DNA of 64,000 nt from the human T2T-CHM13v2.0 reference genome, Homo sapiens: NCBI RefSeq assembly GCF_009914755.1, contig NC_060933.1; one strand, written 5' to 3'. Position 1 is the first letter of the stretch; each line of letters opens with the position of its first letter. Made by a program: the position numbers and the translations under genes. This document shows, in pieces, positions 29,101 to 43,300 of this stretch. The notes below the pieces were generated by a model. The model ran no database searches, had not been told where the DNA came from, and saw only the letters and a list, made by a program, of their open reading frames with translations.

Positions 29101-31309
29101 GAATGGAATGGAATGGAATGGAATGGAATGGAATGGAATGCCTTCAAACCGAATGGAATGGAAAGGAATGGAATCAACACGAGTGGAATGGAATGGAATG
29201 GAATGGAATGGAATGCAATGGAATGGAATGATACGGAATAGAATGGAATGGAACGAAATGGAATGGAATGCAATGGAATGGAATGATACGGAATAGAATG
29301 GAATGGAACGAAATGGAATGGAATGGAATGGAATGGAATGGAATGGAATGGAATGGAATGGAATCGTTCCGAGTGGAATAGGAGGGAATGTATTCGAGTG
29401 GAATGGAAAGGAATGGAATCAACCAGAGTGGAATGGAAGGGAATGGAATGGAATGGAAACTAATAGAATGGAATCAACCCGATTGGAATGGAATGGAAAG
29501 GACTGGAATGGAATGGAATGGAATGGAATCAACTCGATTGTAATGGAATGGAATGGAATGGAATGGAATGGAATGGAATGGAATTAACCCGAATACAATG
29601 GAATGGAAAGGAAAGGAACGGAATGGAGTGGAATGGAATGGAATCAACCCGAGTGCAGGGGAATGGAATGGAATGGAATGCAATGGAATGGATTCAACTT
29701 GAATGGAATGGAAAGAATGGAATCAACACGAGTGGAATGGCATGGATTGGAATGGAATGGAATGGAATGAACCCGAGTACAGGGGAATGGAATGGAATGG
29801 AATGCAATGGAATGGAATCATCCGTAATGGAATGGAAAGGAATGGAATGGAATGGAATGGAATGGAATGGAATGGAATCAACTCGATTGCAATCGAATGG
29901 AATGGAATGGAATTAACCCGAATAGAATGGAATGGAATGGAATGGAACGGAACGGAATGGAATGGAATGGAATGGAATGGAATGGAATGGAACGGAAAGG
30001 AATGCAATGGAATGGAATGGAATGGAATGGAATGGAATGGAATGGAATGGAATCAACGCGAGTGCAGTGGAATGGAATGGAATGGAATGCAATGGAATGG
30101 AATCTTCCGGAATGGAATGGAATGGAATGGAATGGAATGGAATGGAATGGAATAAACCCGAGTGCAATGGAATGGAGTGGAATGGAATGGAATGGAATGG
30201 AACAGCCCGAATCGAATGGAACGTAATGTAGAGTAAGGGAGTTGAATAGAATCAATCCGAATGTAATGGAATGGAATGGAACGGAATGGAATTGAATGGA
30301 ATGGAATGGAATGCAATGGAATGGAATCAACCCTAGTGCAATGGAATGGAGAGAAATGGAATGGAATGGAATGGAAACTACCCGAATGGAATAGAATGTA
30401 ATGGAGTGTAAGGGAATTGAATAGAATCAATCCGAATGTAATGGAATGGAAAGGAATGGAATGGAATGGAATGGAATGGAATGGAATGGAATGGAATCAA
30501 CACGATTGCAATAGAATGGAATGGAATGGAATTAACCCGAATAGAGTGTAATGGAATGGAATGGAACGGAACGGAATGGAATGGAATGGAATGGAATGGA
30601 ATGGAACGGAACGGAACGGAATGGAATGGAATGGAATGGAATGGAATGGAATGGAATGGAATCAACTCGAGTGGAAAGGAATGGAGTGGAATGGAAAGGA
30701 ATGGAATGAAGTCAACTCGAGTGGAATGGAATGGAATGGAATGGATTGGAATGGATTGCAATGGAATGAAATGGAATGGAATGGAATGGAATCAATCATT
30801 CCGAGTGGAATGGAAGGGAATGTAATGGAGTGGAAAGAAGGGAATGGAATCAACCCGAGTGGAATGCAAGGCAATGGAATGGAATGGAAAGGAATGGAAT
30901 GGAATCAACACGATTGCAATGGAATGGAATGGAATGGAATGGAATGGAATGGAATGGAATGGAATTAACCGGAATAGAATGGAATGGAATGGAATGGAAC
31001 GGAATGGAATGGAATGGAAGGGAATGGAATCAACACGAGTGCAGGGGAATGGAATGGAATGGAATGGAATGGAATGGAATCAACTCCATTGCAATGGAAT
31101 GGAATGGAATGGAATGGAATAGAATGGAATGGAATTAACCCGAATAGAATGGAATGCAATAGAATGGAATGCAACGGAACCGAATGGAGTGGAATAGAAT
31201 GGAATGGAATCAACCCGAGTACAGGGGAATGGAATGGAATGGAATGCAATGGAATGGAGTCATCCGTAATGGAATGGAAAGGAATGGAATGGAATGGAAT
31301 GGAATGGAA

Positions 31310-33985
31310 TGAAATGGAATCAACTCGATGGCAATCGAATGGAATGGAATGGAATTAACCCGAATAGAATATAATGGAATGGAATGGAACGGAACGGAAT
31401 GGAATGGAATGGAATGGAATGGAATGGAACGGAACGGAATGGAATGGAATGGAATGGAATGGAATCAACGCGAGTGCAGGGGAATGGAATGCAATGGAAT
31501 GCAATCGAATGGAATCTTCCGGAATGGAATGCAATGGAATGGAATGGAATGAAAGGCAATGGATACAACTCGATTGCAATGGAATGGAATAGAATGGAAT
31601 GGAATGGAATGGAATGGAATGGAATTGAACGGAATGGAATACCTTCAAACCGAATGGAATGGAAAGGAATGGAATCAACACGAGTGGAAAGGAATGGAAT
31701 GGAAAGGAATGGAATGGAATGGAATGGTACGGAATAGAATGGAATGGAACGAACTGGAATGGAATGGAATGGAATGGAATGGAATGGAATGGAATCATTC
31801 CGAGTGGAATAGGATGGAATGTATTCGAGTGGAATGGAAAGGAATGGAATCAACCAGAGTGGAATGGAAGGGAATGGAATGGAATGGAAACTAATAGAAT
31901 GGAATCAACCCGAGTGGAATGGAATGGAAAGGACTGGAATGGAATGGAATGGAATGGAATGGAATGGAATCAACTCGATTGTAATGGAATGGAATGGAAT
32001 GGAATGGAATGGAATGGAATTAACCCGAATACAATGGAATGGAATGGAATGGAACGGAATGGAGTGGAATGGAATGGAATCAACCCGAGTGCAGGGGAAT
32101 GGAATGGAATGGAATGCAATGGAATGGAATCATCCGGAATGGAATGGAATGGAATGGAATGCAAAGCAATGGAATCAACTCGATTGCAATGGAATGGAAT
32201 GGAATGGAAAGGAATAGAATGGAATCAACCCAAGTGGAATGGAATGGAAAGGACTGGAATGGAGTGGAATGGAATGGAATGGAATGGAATGGAATCAACT
32301 CGATTGTAATGGAATGGAATGGAATTGAATGGAATGGAATTAACCCGAATAGAATGGAATGGAATGGAATGGAACGGAATGGAATGGAATGGAATGGAAT
32401 GGAATGGAATGGAATGGAATCAACCCGACTGCAGGGGAATGCAATGGAATGGAATGGAATGGAATGGAATCATCCGGAACGGAATGGAATGGAATGGAAT
32501 GGAATCAAATCGATTGCAATGGAATGGAATGGAATGGAATGGAATCGAATGGAATGGAGTGGAATTAACCGGAATAGAATGGAATGGAATGGAATGGAAC
32601 GGAATGAAATGGAATGGAATGGAATGGAATGGAATGGAATGAACCCGAGTGCAGGGGAATGGAATGGAATGGAATGCAATGGAAAGGAATCATCCGGAAT
32701 GGAATGGAATGGAATGGAATGCAATCAACCTGATGCAATGGAATGGAGTGGAATGGAATGGAATGGAATGGAAACATCCCGAATGGAATGGAATGTAATG
32801 GAGTGTAAGGGAATTGAATAGAATCAATCCGAATGTAATGGAATGGAATGGAATGAAATGGAATGGAATGGAATGGAATGGAATCAACCCGAGTGCAATG
32901 GAATGGATTCGAATGGAATGGAATGGAATGGAATGGAATGGATTCAACAAGAATGGAATGGAAAGGAATGGAATCAACCCGAGTGTAATGGCATGGAATG
33001 GAACGGAATGGAATGGGATGGAATGGAATGGTATGGAATAGAATGGAATGGAATGAAATGGAATAGAATGGAATGGAATGGAATGGAATGGAATGAACCC
33101 GTGTGCAATGGAATGGAATGGAATGGAATGGAATGGATTCAACTCGAATGGAATCAACACGATTGCAATGGAATGGAATGGAATTGAAAGGAATAGAATG
33201 GAATCAACCCGAGTGGAATGGAATGGAAAGGACTGGAATGGAGTGGAATGGAATGGAATGGAATTAACCCGAATAGAATGAAATGGAACGGAATGGAATG
33301 GAATGTAATGGAATGGAATGGAATGGAATCAACCCGAGTGCAGGGGAATGGAATGGAATGGAATGCAATGGAATGGAATCATCCGGAATGGAATGGAATG
33401 GAAAGGAATGGAATGGAATGGAATCAACTCGATTTCAATGGAAATGGAATGGAATAGAATGGAATGGAATTAACACGAATAGAATGGAATGGAATGGAAT
33501 TGAATGGAACAGAAAGGAATGGAATGGAATGGAATCAACCCAAGTGCAGGGGAATGGAATGGAATGGAATTCAATGGAATGGAATCATCCGGAATGGAAT
33601 GGAATGGAATGGAATGGAATGGAATGGAATGGAATGGAATCAACCCGAGTGCAATGGAATGGAGAGGAATGGAATGGAATGGAATGGAAACTACACGAAT
33701 CGAATGGAATGTAATGGAGTGTAAGGGAATTGAATAGAATGAATCCGAATGGAATGGAATGGAAAGGAATGGAATGGAATGGAATGGAATGGAATGGAAT
33801 GCAATGCCATGGAATCAACCCGAGTGCAATCGAATGGAATCGAATGGAATGGAATGCAATGGAATGGATTCAACTTGAATGGAATGGAAAGAATGGAATC
33901 AACACGAGTGGAATGGCATGGATTGGAATGGAATGGAATGGACTCAACCCGAGTACAGGGGAATGGAATGGAATGGAATGAAATG
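31310..33985 (+). repeat. ~2.7 kb segment duplicated ~7.46 kb downstream (second copy ~38760-41451)
   Basis: ORF pairs 31328/38777 and 31559/39008 (offset 7449), and 32039/39503, 32814/40278 and 33730/41194 (offset 7464). Shared variants CTCGATGGCAATC, GAAAGGCAATGG, GGAATACCTTCAAACC and TCATTCCGAGTGGAATAGGATGG. Confidence 0.85.
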
Positions 33986-36900
33986 GAATGGAATCATCCG
34001 TAATGTAATGGAAAGGAATGGAATGGAATGGAATGGAATGGAATCAACTCTATTGCAATCGAATGGAATGGAATGGAATTAACCCGAATAGAATGGAATG
34101 GAATGGAATGGAATGGAATGGAACGGAACGGAATGGAATGGAATGGAATGGAAAGGAACGGAAAGGAATGGAATGGAACGGAATGGAATGGAATGGAATG
34201 GAATGGAATCAACGCGAGTGCAGGGGAATGGAATGGAATGGAATGCAATGGAATGGAATCTTCCGGAATGGAATGGAATGGAATGGAATGGAATCAACCC
34301 GAGTGCAATGGAATGGAGTGGAATGGAATGGAATGGAATGGAACAACCCGAATGGAATGGAATGTAATGGAGAGTAAAGGAGTTGAATAGAATCATTCCG
34401 AATGTAATGGAATGGAATGGAACGGAATGGAATTGAATGGAATGGAATGGAATGCAATGGAATGGAATCAACCCGAGTGCAATGGAATGGAGAGGAATGG
34501 AATGGAATGGAATGGAAACTACCCGAATGGAATGGAATGTAATGGAGTGTAAGGGAATTGAATAGAATCAATCCGAATGTAATGGAATGGAATGGAACGG
34601 AATGGAATGGAATGGAATGGAATGGAATGGAATGGAATGGAATGGAATCAACCCGAGTGCAATCGAATGGAATCGAATGGAATGCAATGCAATGGAATGG
34701 ATTCAACTTGAATGGAATGGAACTAATGGAATCAACACGAGTGGAATGGCATGGATTGGAATGGAATGGAATGGAATCAACCCGAGTACAGGGGAATGGA
34801 ATGGAATGGAATGCAATGGAATGGAATCATCCGTAATGGAATGGAAAGGAATGGAATGGAATGGAATGGAATGGAATGGAATGGAATGGAATGGAATGGA
34901 ATCAACTCGATTGCAATCGAATGGAATGGAATGGAATTAACCCGAATAGAATGGAATGGAATGGATTGGAACGGAACGGAATGGAATGGAATGGAATGGA
35001 ATGGAATGGAACGGAACGGAACGGAACGGAATGGAATGGAATGGAATGGAATGGAAAGGAATCAACGCGAGTGCAGGGGAATGGAAAGGAATGGAATGCA
35101 ATGGAATGGAATCTTCCGGAATGGAATGGAATGGAATGGAATGGAATGGAATGGAATCAACCCGAGTGCAATGGAATGGAGTGGAATGGAATGGAATGGA
35201 ACAACCCGAATTGAATGGAATGTAATGGAGAGTAAGGGAGTTGAATAGAATCAATCCGAATGTAATGGAATGGAATGAAACGGAATGGAATTGAATGGAA
35301 TGGAATGGAATGCATGGAATGGAATCAACCCGAGTTCAACGGAATGGAGAGGAATGGAATGGAATGGAATGGAAACTACCCGAATGGAATGGAATGGAAT
35401 GGAGTGTAAGGGAATTGAATAGAATCAATCCGAATGTAATGGAATGGAATGGAACGGAATGGAATGGAATGGAATGGAATGGAATGGAATGGATTCAACA
35501 AGAATGGAATGGAAAGGAATGGAATCAACCCGAGTGTAATGGCATGGAATGGAACGGAATGGAATGGGATGGAATGGAATGGTATGGAATAGAATGGAAT
35601 GGAATGAAATGGAATAGAATGGAATGGAATGGAATGGAATGGAATGAACCCGTGTGCAATGGAATGGAATGGAATGGAATGGAATGGATTCAACTCGAGT
35701 GGAATCAACACGATTGCAATGGAATGGAATGGAATTGAAAGGAATAGAATGGAATCAACCCGAGTGGAATGGAATGGAAAGGACTGGAATGGAGTGGAAT
35801 GGAATGGAATGGAATGGAATTAACCCGAATAGAATGAAATGGAACGGAATGGAATGGAATGTAATGGAATGGAATGGAATGGAATCAACCCGAGTGCAGG
35901 GGAATGGAATGGAATGGAATGCAATGGAATGGAATCATCCGGAATGGAATGGAATGGAATGGAATGGAATCAACTCGATTTCAATGGAAATGGAATGGAA
36001 TAGAATGGAATGGAATTAACACGAATAGAATGGAATGGAATGGAATTGAATGGAACAGAAAGGAATGGAATGGAATGGAATCAACCCAAGTGCAGGGGAA
36101 TGGAATGGAATGGAATTCAATGGAATGGAATCATCCGGAATGGAATGGAATGGAATGGAATGGAATGGAATGGAATGGAATGGAATGGAATGGAATCAAC
36201 CCGAGTGCAATGGAATGGAGAGGAATGGAATGGAATGGAATGGAAACTACACGAATCGAATGGAATGTAATGGAGTGTAAGGGAATTGAATAGAATGAAT
36301 CCGAATGGAATGGAATGGAAAGGAATGGAATGGAATGGAATGGAATGGAATGGAATGCAATGCCATGGAATCAACCCGAGTGCAATCGAATGGAATCGAA
36401 TGGAATGGAATGCAATGGAATGGATTCAACTTGAATGGAATGGAAAGAATGGAATCAACACGAGTGGAATGGCATGGATTGGAATGGAATGGAATGGAAT
36501 CAACCCGAGTACAGGGGAATGGAATGGAATGGAATGAAATGGAATGGAATCATCCGTAATGTAATGGAAAGGAATGGAATGGAATGGAATGGAATGGAAT
36601 CAACTCTATTGCAATCGAATGGAATGGAATGGAATTAACCCGAATAGAATGGAATGGAATGGAATGGAATGGAACGGAACGGAATGGAATGGAATGGAAT
36701 GGAATGGAAAGGAACGGAAAGGAATGGAATGGAACGGAATGGAATGGAATGGAATGGAATGGAATCAACGCGAGTGCAGGGGAATGGAATGGAATGGAAT
36801 GCAATGGAATGGAATCTTCCGGAATGGAATTGAATGGAATGGAATGGAATCAACCCGAGTGCAATGGAATGGAGTGGAATGGAATGGAATGGAATGGAAC

Positions 36901-37990
36901 AACCCGAATGGAATGGAATGTAATGGAGAGTAAAGGAGTTGAATAGAATCATTCCGAATGTAATGGAATGGAATGGAACGGAATGGAATTGAATGGAATG
37001 GAATGGAATGCAATGGAATGGAATCAACCCGAGTGCAATGGAATGGAGAGGAATGGAATGGAATGGAATGGAAACTACCCGAATGGAATGGAATGTAATG
37101 GAGTGTAAGGGAATTGAATAGAATCAATCCGAATGTAATGGAATGGAATGGAACGGAATGGAATGGAATGGAATGGAATGGAATGGAATGGAATCAACCC
37201 GAGTGCAATCGAATGGAATCGAATGGAATGCAATGCAATGGAATGGATTCAACTTGAATGGAATGGAACTAATGGAATCAACACGAGTGGAATGGCATGG
37301 ATTGGAATGGAATGGAATGGAATCAACCCGAGTACAGGGGAATGGAATGGAATGGAATGCAATGGAATGGAATCATCCGTAATGGAATGGAAAGGAATGG
37401 AATGGAATGGAATGGAATGGAATGGAATGGAATGGAATCAACTCGATTGCAATCGAATGGAATGGAATGGAATTAACCCGAATAGAATGGAATGGAATGG
37501 AATGGAACGGAACGGAATGGAATGGAATGGAATGGAATGGAATGGAACGGAACGGAACGGAACGGAATGGAATGGAATGGAATGGAATGGAAAGGAATCA
37601 ACGCGAGTGCAGGGGAATGGAAAGGAATGGAATGCAATGGAATGGAATCTTCCGGAATGGAATGGAATGGAATGGAATGGAATGGAATCAACCCGAGTGC
37701 AATGGAATGGAGTGGAATGGAATGGAATGGAACAACCCGAATTGAATGGAATGTAATGGAGAGTAAGGGAGTTGAATAGAATCAATCCGAATGTAATGGA
37801 ATGGAATGGAACGGAATGGAATTGAATGGAATGGAATGGAATGCATGGAATGGAATCAACCCGAGTTCAAAGGAATGGAGAGGAATGGAATGGAATGGAA
37901 TGGAAACTACCCGAATGGAATGGAATGGAATGGAGTGTAAGGGAATTGAATAGAATCAATCCGAATGTAATGGAATGGAATGGAATGGAA
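32940..37990 (+). repeat. Two tandem copies of a young ~2.55 kb higher-order repeat
   Basis: Markers GGATTCAACAAG (~32940, 35491), CAACTCTATT (34045, 36601), GAGTAAAGGAG...TCATTCCG, GGAACTAATGG and TGCATGGAATGGAATCAACCCGAGTTCAA repeat at ~2.55 kb. ORF pair 33730/36286 is offset by 2556. Confidence 0.88.
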
Positions 37991-40399
37991 CGGAATGGAA
38001 TGGAATGGAATGGAATGGAATGGAATGGAATGCAATGGAATGGAATCAACCTGAGTGCAAACGAATGGAATCGAATGGAATGGAATGCAATGGAATAGAT
38101 TCAACTTGAATGGAATGGAAAGAATGGAATCAACACGAGTGGAATGGCATGGATTGGAATGGAATGGAATGGAATCAACCCGAGTACAGGGGAATGGAAT
38201 GGAATGGAATGCAATGGAATGGAATCATCCGTAATGGAATGGAAAGGAATGGAATGGAATGAAATGGAATGGAATGGAATCAACTCGATTGCAATCGAAT
38301 GGAATGGAATGGAATTAACCCGAATAGAATGGAATGGAATGGAATGGAACGGAACGGAATGGAAAGGAATGGAATGGAATGGAACGGAAAGGAAGGGAAT
38401 GGAATGGAATAGAATGGAATGGAATGGAATCAACGCGAGTGCAGGGGAATGGAATGGAATGGAATGCAATGGAATGGAATCTTCCGGAATGGAATGGAAT
38501 GGAATGGAATGGAATGGAATGGAATGGAATCAACCCTAGTGCAATGGAATGGAGTGGAATGGAATGGAATGGAATGGAACAACCCGAATGGAATGGAATG
38601 TAATGGAGAGTAAGGGAGTGGAATAGAATCAATCCGAATGTAATGGAATGGAATGGAACGGAATGGAATTGAATGGAATGGAATGGAATGGAATGGAATG
38701 GAATCAACCCGAGTGCAATGGAATGGAGAGGAATGGAATGGAATGGAATGGAATGGAATGAAATGGAATCAACTCGATGGCAATCGAATGGAATGGAATG
38801 GAATTAACCCGAATAGAATGGAATGGAATGGAATGGAACGGAATGGAATGGAATGGAATGGAATGGAATGGAATGGAACGGAACGGAATGGAATGGAATG
38901 GAATGGAATGGAATCAACGCGAGTGCAGGGGAATGGAATGCAATGGAATGCAATCGAATGGAATCTTCCGGAATGGAATGCAATGGAATGGAATGGAATG
39001 AAAGGCAATGGATTCAACTCGATTGCAATGGAATGGAATAGAATGGAATGGAATGGAATGGAATGGAATGGAATTGAACGGAATGGAATACCTTCAAACC
39101 GAATGGAATGGAAAGGAATGGAATCAACACGAGTGGAAAGGAATGGAATGGAAAGGAATGGAATGGAATGGAATGGTACGGAATAGAATGGAATGGAACG
39201 AACTGGAATGGAATGGAATGGAATGGAATGGAATGGAATGGAATCATTCCGAGTGGAATAGGATGGAATGTATTCGAGTGGAATGGAAAGGAATGGAATC
39301 AACCAGAGTGGAATGGAAGGGAATGGAATGGAATGGAAACTAATAGAATGGAATCAACCCGAGTGGAATGGAATGGAAAGGACTGGAATGGAATGGAATG
39401 GAATGGAATGGAATGGAATCAACTCGATTGTAATGGAATGGAATGGAATGGAATGGAATGGAATGGAATGGAATGGAATGGAATTAACCCGAATACAATG
39501 GAATGGAATGGAATGGAACGGAATGGAGTGGAATGGAATGGAATCAACCCGAGTGCAGGGGAATGGAATGGAATGGAATGCAATGGAATGGAATCATCCG
39601 GAATGGAATGGAATGGAATGGAATGCAAAGCAATGGAATCAACTCGATTGCAATGGAATGGAATGGAATGGAAAGGAATAGAATGGAATCAACCCAAGTG
39701 GAATGGAATGGAAAGGACTGGAATGGAGTGGAATGGAATGGAATGGAATGGAATGGAATCAACTCGATTGTAATGGAATGGAATGGAATGGAATGGAATG
39801 GAATTAACCCGAATAGAATGGAATGGAATGGAATGGAACGGAATGGAATGGAATGGAATGGAATGGAATGGAATGGAATGGAATCAACCCGACTGCAGGG
39901 GAATGGAATGGAATGGAATGGAATGGAATGGAATCATCCGGAACGGAATGGAATGGAATGGAATGGAATCAAATCGATTGCAATGGAATGGAATGGAATG
40001 GAATGGAATCGAATGGAATGGAGTGGAATTAACCGGAATAGAATGGAATGGAATGGAATGGAACGGAATGAAATGGAATGGAATGGAATGGAATGGAATG
40101 GAATGAACCCGAGTGCAGGGGAATGGAATGGAATGGAATGCAATGGAATGGAATCATCCGGAATGGAATGGAATGGAATGGAATGCAATCAACCTGATGC
40201 AATGGAATGGAGTGGAATGGAATGGAATGGAATGGAAACATCCCGAATGGAATGGAATGTAATGGAGTGTAAGGGAATTGAATAGAATCAATCCGAATGT
40301 AATGGAATGGAATGGAATGAAATGGAATGGAATGGAATGGAATGGAATCAACCCGAGTGCAATGGAATGGATTCGAATGGAATGGAATGGAATGGAATG

Positions 40400-43300
40400 G
40401 ATTCAACAAGAATGGAATGGAAAGGAATGGAATCAACCCGAGTGTAATGGCATGGAATGGAACGGAATGGAATGGGATGGAATGGAATGGTATGGAATAG
40501 AATGGAATGGAATGAAATGGAATAGAATGGAATGGAATGGAATGGAATGGAATGAACCCGTGTGCAATGGAATGGAATGGAATGGAATGGAATGGATTCA
40601 ACTCGAATGGAATCAACACGATTGCAATGGAGTGGAATGGAATTGAAAGGAATAGAATGGAATCAACCCGAGTGGAATGGAATGGAAAGGACTGGAATGG
40701 AGTGGAATGGAATGGAATGGAATTAACCCGAATAGAATGAAATGGAACGGAATGGAATGGAATGTAATGGAATGGAATGGAATGGAATCAACCCGAGTGC
40801 AGGGGAATGGAATGGAATGGAATGCAATGGAATGGAATCATCCGGAATGGAATGGAATGGAATGGAATGGAATGGAATGGAATCAACTCGATTTCAATGG
40901 AAATGGAATGGAGTAGAATGGAATGGAATTAACACGAAAAGAATGGAATGGAATGGAATTGAATGGAACAGAAAGGAATGGAATGGAATGGAATCAACCC
41001 AAGTGCAGGGGAATGGAATGGAATGGTATTCAATGGAATGGAATCATCCGGAATGGAATGGAATGGAATGGAATGGAATGGAATGGAATGGAATGGAATG
41101 GAATCAACCCGAGTGCAATGGAATGGAGAGGAATGGAATGGAATGGAATGGAAACTACACGAATCGAATGGAATGTAATGGAGTGTAAGGGAATTGAATA
41201 GAATGAATCCGAATGGAATGGAATGGAAAGGAATGGAATGGAATGGAATGGAATGGAATGGAATGCAATGCCATGGAATCAACCCGAGTGCAATCGAATG
41301 GAATCGAATGGAATGGAATGCAATGGAATGGATTCAACTTGAATGGAATGGAAAGAATGGAATCAACACGAGTGGAATGGCATGGATTGGAATGGAATGG
41401 AATGGAATCAACCCGAGTACAGGGGAATGGAATGGAATGGAATGAAATGGAAGTGTAATGGCATGGAATGGAACGGAATGGAATGGGATGGAATGGAATG
41501 GTATGGAATAGAATGGAATGGAATGAAATGGAATAGAATGGAATGGAATGGAATGGAATGGAATGAACCCGTGTGCAATGGAATGGAATGGAATGGAATG
41601 GAATGTATTCAACTCGAATGGAATCAACACGATTGCAATGGAATGGAATGGAATTGAAAGGAATAGAATGGAATCAACCCGAGTGGAATGGAATGGAAAG
41701 GACTGGAATGGAGTGGAATGGAATGGAATGGAATTAACCCGAATAGAATGAAATGGAACGGAATGGAATGGAATGTAATGGAATGGAATGGAATGGAATC
41801 AACCCGAGTGCAGGGGAATGGAATGGAATGGAATGCAATGGAATGGAATCATCCGGAATGGAATGGAATGGAATGGAATGGAATGGAATGGAATCAACTC
41901 GATTTCAATGGAAATGGAATGGAATAGAATGGAATGGAATTAACACGAATAGAATGGAATGGAATGGAATTGAATGGAACAGAAAGGAATGGAATGGAAT
42001 GGAATCAACCCAAGTGCAGGGGAATGGAATGGAATGGAATTCAATGGAATGGAATCATCCGGAATGGAATGGAATGGAATGGAATGGAATGGAATGGAAT
42101 GGAATGGAATGGAATCAACCCGAGTGCAATGGAATGGAGAGGAATGGAATGGAATGGAATGGAAACTACACGAATCGAATGGAATGTAATGGAGTGTAAG
42201 GGAATTGAATAGAATGAATCCGAATGGAATGGAATGGAAAGGAATGGAATGGAATGGAATGGAATGGAATGGAATGCAATGCCATGGAATCAACCCGAGT
42301 GCAATCGAATGGAATCGAATGGAATGGAATGCAATGGAATGGATTCAACTTGAATGGAATGGAAAGAATGGAATCAACACGAGTGGAATGGCATGGATTG
42401 GAATGGAATGGAATGGAATCAACCCGAGTACAGGGGAATGGAATGGAATGGAATGAAATGGAATGGAATCATCCGTAATGTAATGGAAAGGAATGGAATG
42501 GAATGGAATCAACTCTATTGCAATCGAATGGAATGGAATGGAATTAACCCGAATAGAATGGAATGGAATGGAATGGAATGGAACGGAACGGAATGGAATG
42601 GAATGGAATGGAATGGAAAGGAACGGAAAGGAATGGAATGGAACGGAATGGAATGGAATGGAATGGAATGGAATCAACGCGAGTGCAGGGGAATGGAATG
42701 GAATGGAATGCAATGGAATGGAATCTTCCGGAATGGAATGGAATGGAATGGAATGGAATCAACCCAAGTGCAATGGAATGGAGTGGAATGGAATGGAATG
42801 GAATGGAACAACCCGAATGGAATGGAATGTAATGGAGAGTAAAGGAGTTGAATAGAATCATTCCGAATGTAATGGAATGGAATGGAACGGAATGGAATTG
42901 AATGGAATGGAATGGAATGCAATGGAATGGAATCAACCCGAGTGCAATGGAATGGAGAGGAATGGAATGGAATGGAATGGAAACTACCCGAATGGAATGG
43001 AATGTAATGGAGTGTAAGGGAATTGAATAGAATCAATCCGAATGTAATGGAATGGAATGGAACGGAATGGAATGGAATGGAATGGAATGGAATGGAATGG
43101 AATGGAATCAACCCGAGTGCAATCGAATGGAATCGAATGGAATGCAATGCAATGGAATGGATTCAACTTGAATGGAATGGAACTAATGGAATCAACACGA
43201 GTGGAATGGCATGGATTGGAATGGAATGGAATGGAATCAACCCGAGAACAGGGGAATGGAATGGAATGGAATGCAATGGAATGGAATCATCCGTAATGGA

